Below are positions 62,304-64,000 of a stretch of DNA of 64,000 bases, piece after piece (positions within the stretch are counted from its first letter, which is position 1; the number at the start of each line of letters is the position of its first letter). The stretch spans positions 1 through 64,000 of IMG/VR virus record IMGVR_UViG_3300023181_000026, one strand, 5' to 3'. The translations under genes and the position numbers were made by a program. The notes beneath the pieces were generated by a model. It worked only from the letters and a program-made list of their open reading frames with translations. It was not told where the DNA came from and made no database searches. The stretch is from a virus.

Positions 62304-62858
62304 TTAAGATGTTTCGTTAAATAAATCCCCTGTTGCTGAATATGTTGTAGTCGTCACTCTTCTTATATTTACTCTCCCCCAAGTTTGAATAGCATCATTA
62401 GTATCTGTATTAACAGTTGGTACTACAAATAAAGGGGCTGTATCATACTCTTGTTCTATTTTAATTGTTTCCGCCATTTCTCCATTTACAAATAAATTAC
62501 ATTCAAAATTAGAAGGTAAGGCAGAGTTTATAGCAATTCTTGGAACATTTACAGCAGAGTTAATTATTATATTCTTTCTATTATCAATGGTTTGTAAATT
62601 ATAAGTCCCATCAATATCTAAAGTCTTATCTGTGAATGCTTGTCCTGCTGCTTCTAAAGCTATTATTCTACTATTTTTATTTATTAAATCTAAAGTAATC
62701 GCTGAGTTAACTTCAGTTTGTGTAGATTCTGCTGACAAAGATAGGTATACTATAGCCGTAGGAGTTGATATGCAGTCTGTAGAAAAGTACATTCCATCAC
62801 AAGGATCAGGAGTGTTATTTACTACTACGTTGGTGTTTTTTGGGCAGTCTATGGGCAT
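62304..62858 (-). CDS. virion protein (184 aa) with Cys-rich N-terminal module
   Basis: DPCDGMYFSTDCI similar to neighbours. Confidence 0.65.
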   Translation of the reverse strand: MPIDCPKNTNVVVNNTPDPCDGMYFSTDCISTPTAIVYLSLSAESTQTEVNSAITLDLINKNSRIIALEAAGQAFTDKTLDIDGTYNLQTIDNRKNIIINSAVNVPRIAINSALPSNFECNLFVNGEMAETIKIEQEYDTAPLFVVPTVNTDTNDAIQTWGRVNIRRVTTTTYSATGDLFNETS

Positions 62859-63205
62859 TGATTCTCTTGTAATTGTTGAACTTGTGATTCTAAAATTGAT
62901 ACTCTTTCAGTTAGAGCTTCTATAGTAGTTTGCTGAGTGCAAATAAATGTCTGTATATTTTCCAGAGCTGTATTTACTTTTATTTCGCCCGAAGCGTAAG
63001 TTATACATCCGTCTCTTAAATTTTCTAAATCAGAATCTTCTTTTATTTCTTCTATTAAGGAATAAATATCTTCTGTTATCTCTTGCATATCTAAGCAATC
63101 ATCTTCTGATAGACTTGATATTTCTGGTATTGTTCCTTGGTATTCTACACATGTTGCGTAGTTTTTAGAACAAGTATTTTTTGGTTTAAATTTACCTACG
63201 CACAT
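62849..63205 (-). CDS. virion protein (118 aa) with Cys-rich module and C-terminal coiled coil
   Basis: TCVEYQG..P; IEALTERVSILESQVQQLQ. Confidence 0.65.
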   Translation of the reverse strand: MCVGKFKPKNTCSKNYATCVEYQGTIPEISSLSEDDCLDMQEITEDIYSLIEEIKEDSDLENLRDGCITYASGEIKVNTALENIQTFICTQQTTIEALTERVSILESQVQQLQENQCP

Positions 63206-63231
63206 CTTTTCTTTTTTATTATTTTTAATTT

Positions 63232-63260
63232 AAGGAGGGCATATTTCAACCCTCCTTTTT
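63232..63260. terminator. intrinsic terminator (bidirectional-looking)
   Basis: AAGGAGGG-loop-CCCTCCTT-TTT. Confidence 0.7.
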
Positions 63261-63275
63261 ATAAATATTTGATTA

Positions 63276-63512
63276 TTAAGCTTTTGGCTTCCTGGGTTTT
63301 GGTTTTGGTATACCAACTTCTAAAATAGCCTCCTGAGTAAAAGGTGTCCAATCTACCTCTTCAAAGTCAAGTGGATCAAGTTTGGTTATAGCATCATCTA
63401 AATTAGCAAGCCATTCTCCTGCTGGATTTTTCTTGATATCATAATCAAAATCTTTGTCTTGTAGTAAAGAACACGCTGTGTCTTCTGAAATTTTTGCAAC
63501 TCTTTCTGCCAT
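63276..63512 (-). CDS. hypothetical protein (78 aa)
   Basis: ORF track; basic C-terminal tail. Confidence 0.7.
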   Translation of the reverse strand: MAERVAKISEDTACSLLQDKDFDYDIKKNPAGEWLANLDDAITKLDPLDFEEVDWTPFTQEAILEVGIPKPKPRKPKA

Positions 63513-63538
63513 TTTTTATTTATTTGTGATTTAAATTA

Positions 63539-64000
63539 TTAGTATTGTATTTCTTGTCCAACTGTAAATGCTGCACTTCCAGCACCACTAGTAACAGCCC
63601 TTAGTCTAACATACCATCCTGCTTGTACTTCCCCTTGAACATTGTTGGTAGAAGTTTTATTAAGAGCTACTGCAACTGCTACGGCATCTGAAAATCCTGC
63701 TTGACTTATACTTGTCCAAGTTGAGTTATTAGGACTAACTTCTAGGTATACCATTGAACTTCCTGACGATAAAAGTAATGTAAGAGCTATAGTGTGAGTT
63801 ATTGTATAACTAACTCTAGTATTTCTAGTAGTTGATATCTGCACTCCTGCTGCATTAATAGTTTTTACAGCAGTATTGTTAAAACTAGGCGAACTTACTG
63901 TATAATTAGGAATATTTATGTTTCCTGTACTATTGTCATAAGTTGCCGCTCCTGAAGTGCCTGTAGTTGTTAAACTTATAGCTGCTCTAACTCCTGCTTG
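63539..64000 (-). CDS. tail-fibre-like protein, 5' end beyond window
   Basis: frame open to window edge: QAGVRAAISLTTTGTSGAATYDNSTGNINIPNY...; track start at 63844 is internal. Confidence 0.7.
   Translation of the reverse strand, partial: QAGVRAAISLTTTGTSGAATYDNSTGNINIPNYTVSSPSFNNTAVKTINAAGVQISTTRNTRVSYTITHTIALTLLLSSGSSMVYLEVSPNNSTWTSISQAGFSDAVAVAVALNKTSTNNVQGEVQAGWYVRLRAVTSGAGSAAFTVGQEIQY

Noticed and set aside
2327-63328. Antisense shadow ORFs from the track (e.g. 2327-2518, 7205-7387, 8917-9102, 15634-15909, 21875-22979, 33163-35212, 43899-44342, 49020-49208, 50921-51220, 56845-57063, 59098-59400, 62632-63328)
   Set aside because: They lie opposite well-supported genes, have Leu/Ile/Phe/Ser-rich antisense-type composition, and show no motifs or promoters.
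63390-63460. DFDYD in the 78-aa ORF as an RNAP catalytic loop
   Set aside because: The protein is far too small and lacks barrel context; coincidental.
1-64000. TAG/TGA stop-codon reassignment as in some crAss-like phages
   Set aside because: All long genes are uninterrupted in the standard code, and TAG/TGA stops are followed immediately by new ATGs (e.g. 15546/15548, 20421/20422).
1-64000. CRISPR array, tRNA/rRNA genes, integrase or IS element
   Set aside because: I saw no regularly spaced repeats, cloverleaf/T-loop motifs, recombinase motifs or terminal inverted repeats; intergenic gaps are short.

Overview
This is a 64-kb segment of an AT-rich (about 30% GC by eye) lytic dsDNA phage of Bacteroidota, probably a Flavobacteriia host. 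Its tail and cargo module has a crAss-like (Crassvirales-related, podovirus) layout. It has two convergent arms that meet at about 26.2-26.35 kb. The + arm (1-26.2 kb) carries a DnaB-like helicase, a family B DNA polymerase, a VirE_N-like primase-polymerase, a Nudix hydrolase, a NADAR-like protein, a macrodomain-like protein, an HTH-metallophosphoesterase (T5 A1-like), three homing endonucleases and about 55 tightly packed small ORFs. The - arm, in transcription order from the window end, carries tail-fibre/Cys-rich virion genes, a ring protein, an IHF-like protein, a tail tubular protein, a 2444-aa muzzle/stabilisation protein with an inserted delta-60 beta-propeller, a zincin, five large ejection/cargo proteins, an HNH nuclease and a second block of small ORFs. 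Bacteroidota sigma70-type promoters (TAnnTTTG) precede several operons, and I found no virion RNA polymerase DxDxD motif. The most striking unexplained signals are: (i) the only four cysteines in about 6,200 aa of cargo proteins sit at protein termini in a head-to-tail pattern (1633aa-C / N-747aa-C / N-1927aa); (ii) a recurrent GC islet (CCGCCG/GCGGCG/CGCGCG in A/T tracts) in the small-ORF regions; (iii) a perfect 31-bp inverted repeat linking the polymerase leader to an intergenic region 16 kb away; (iv) repeated [FYM]xxGG motifs with a 27-bp DNA repeat shared by a cargo protein and the zincin. I saw no tRNA, rRNA, CRISPR array or integrase. All family assignments come from motif recognition by eye, not database searches.
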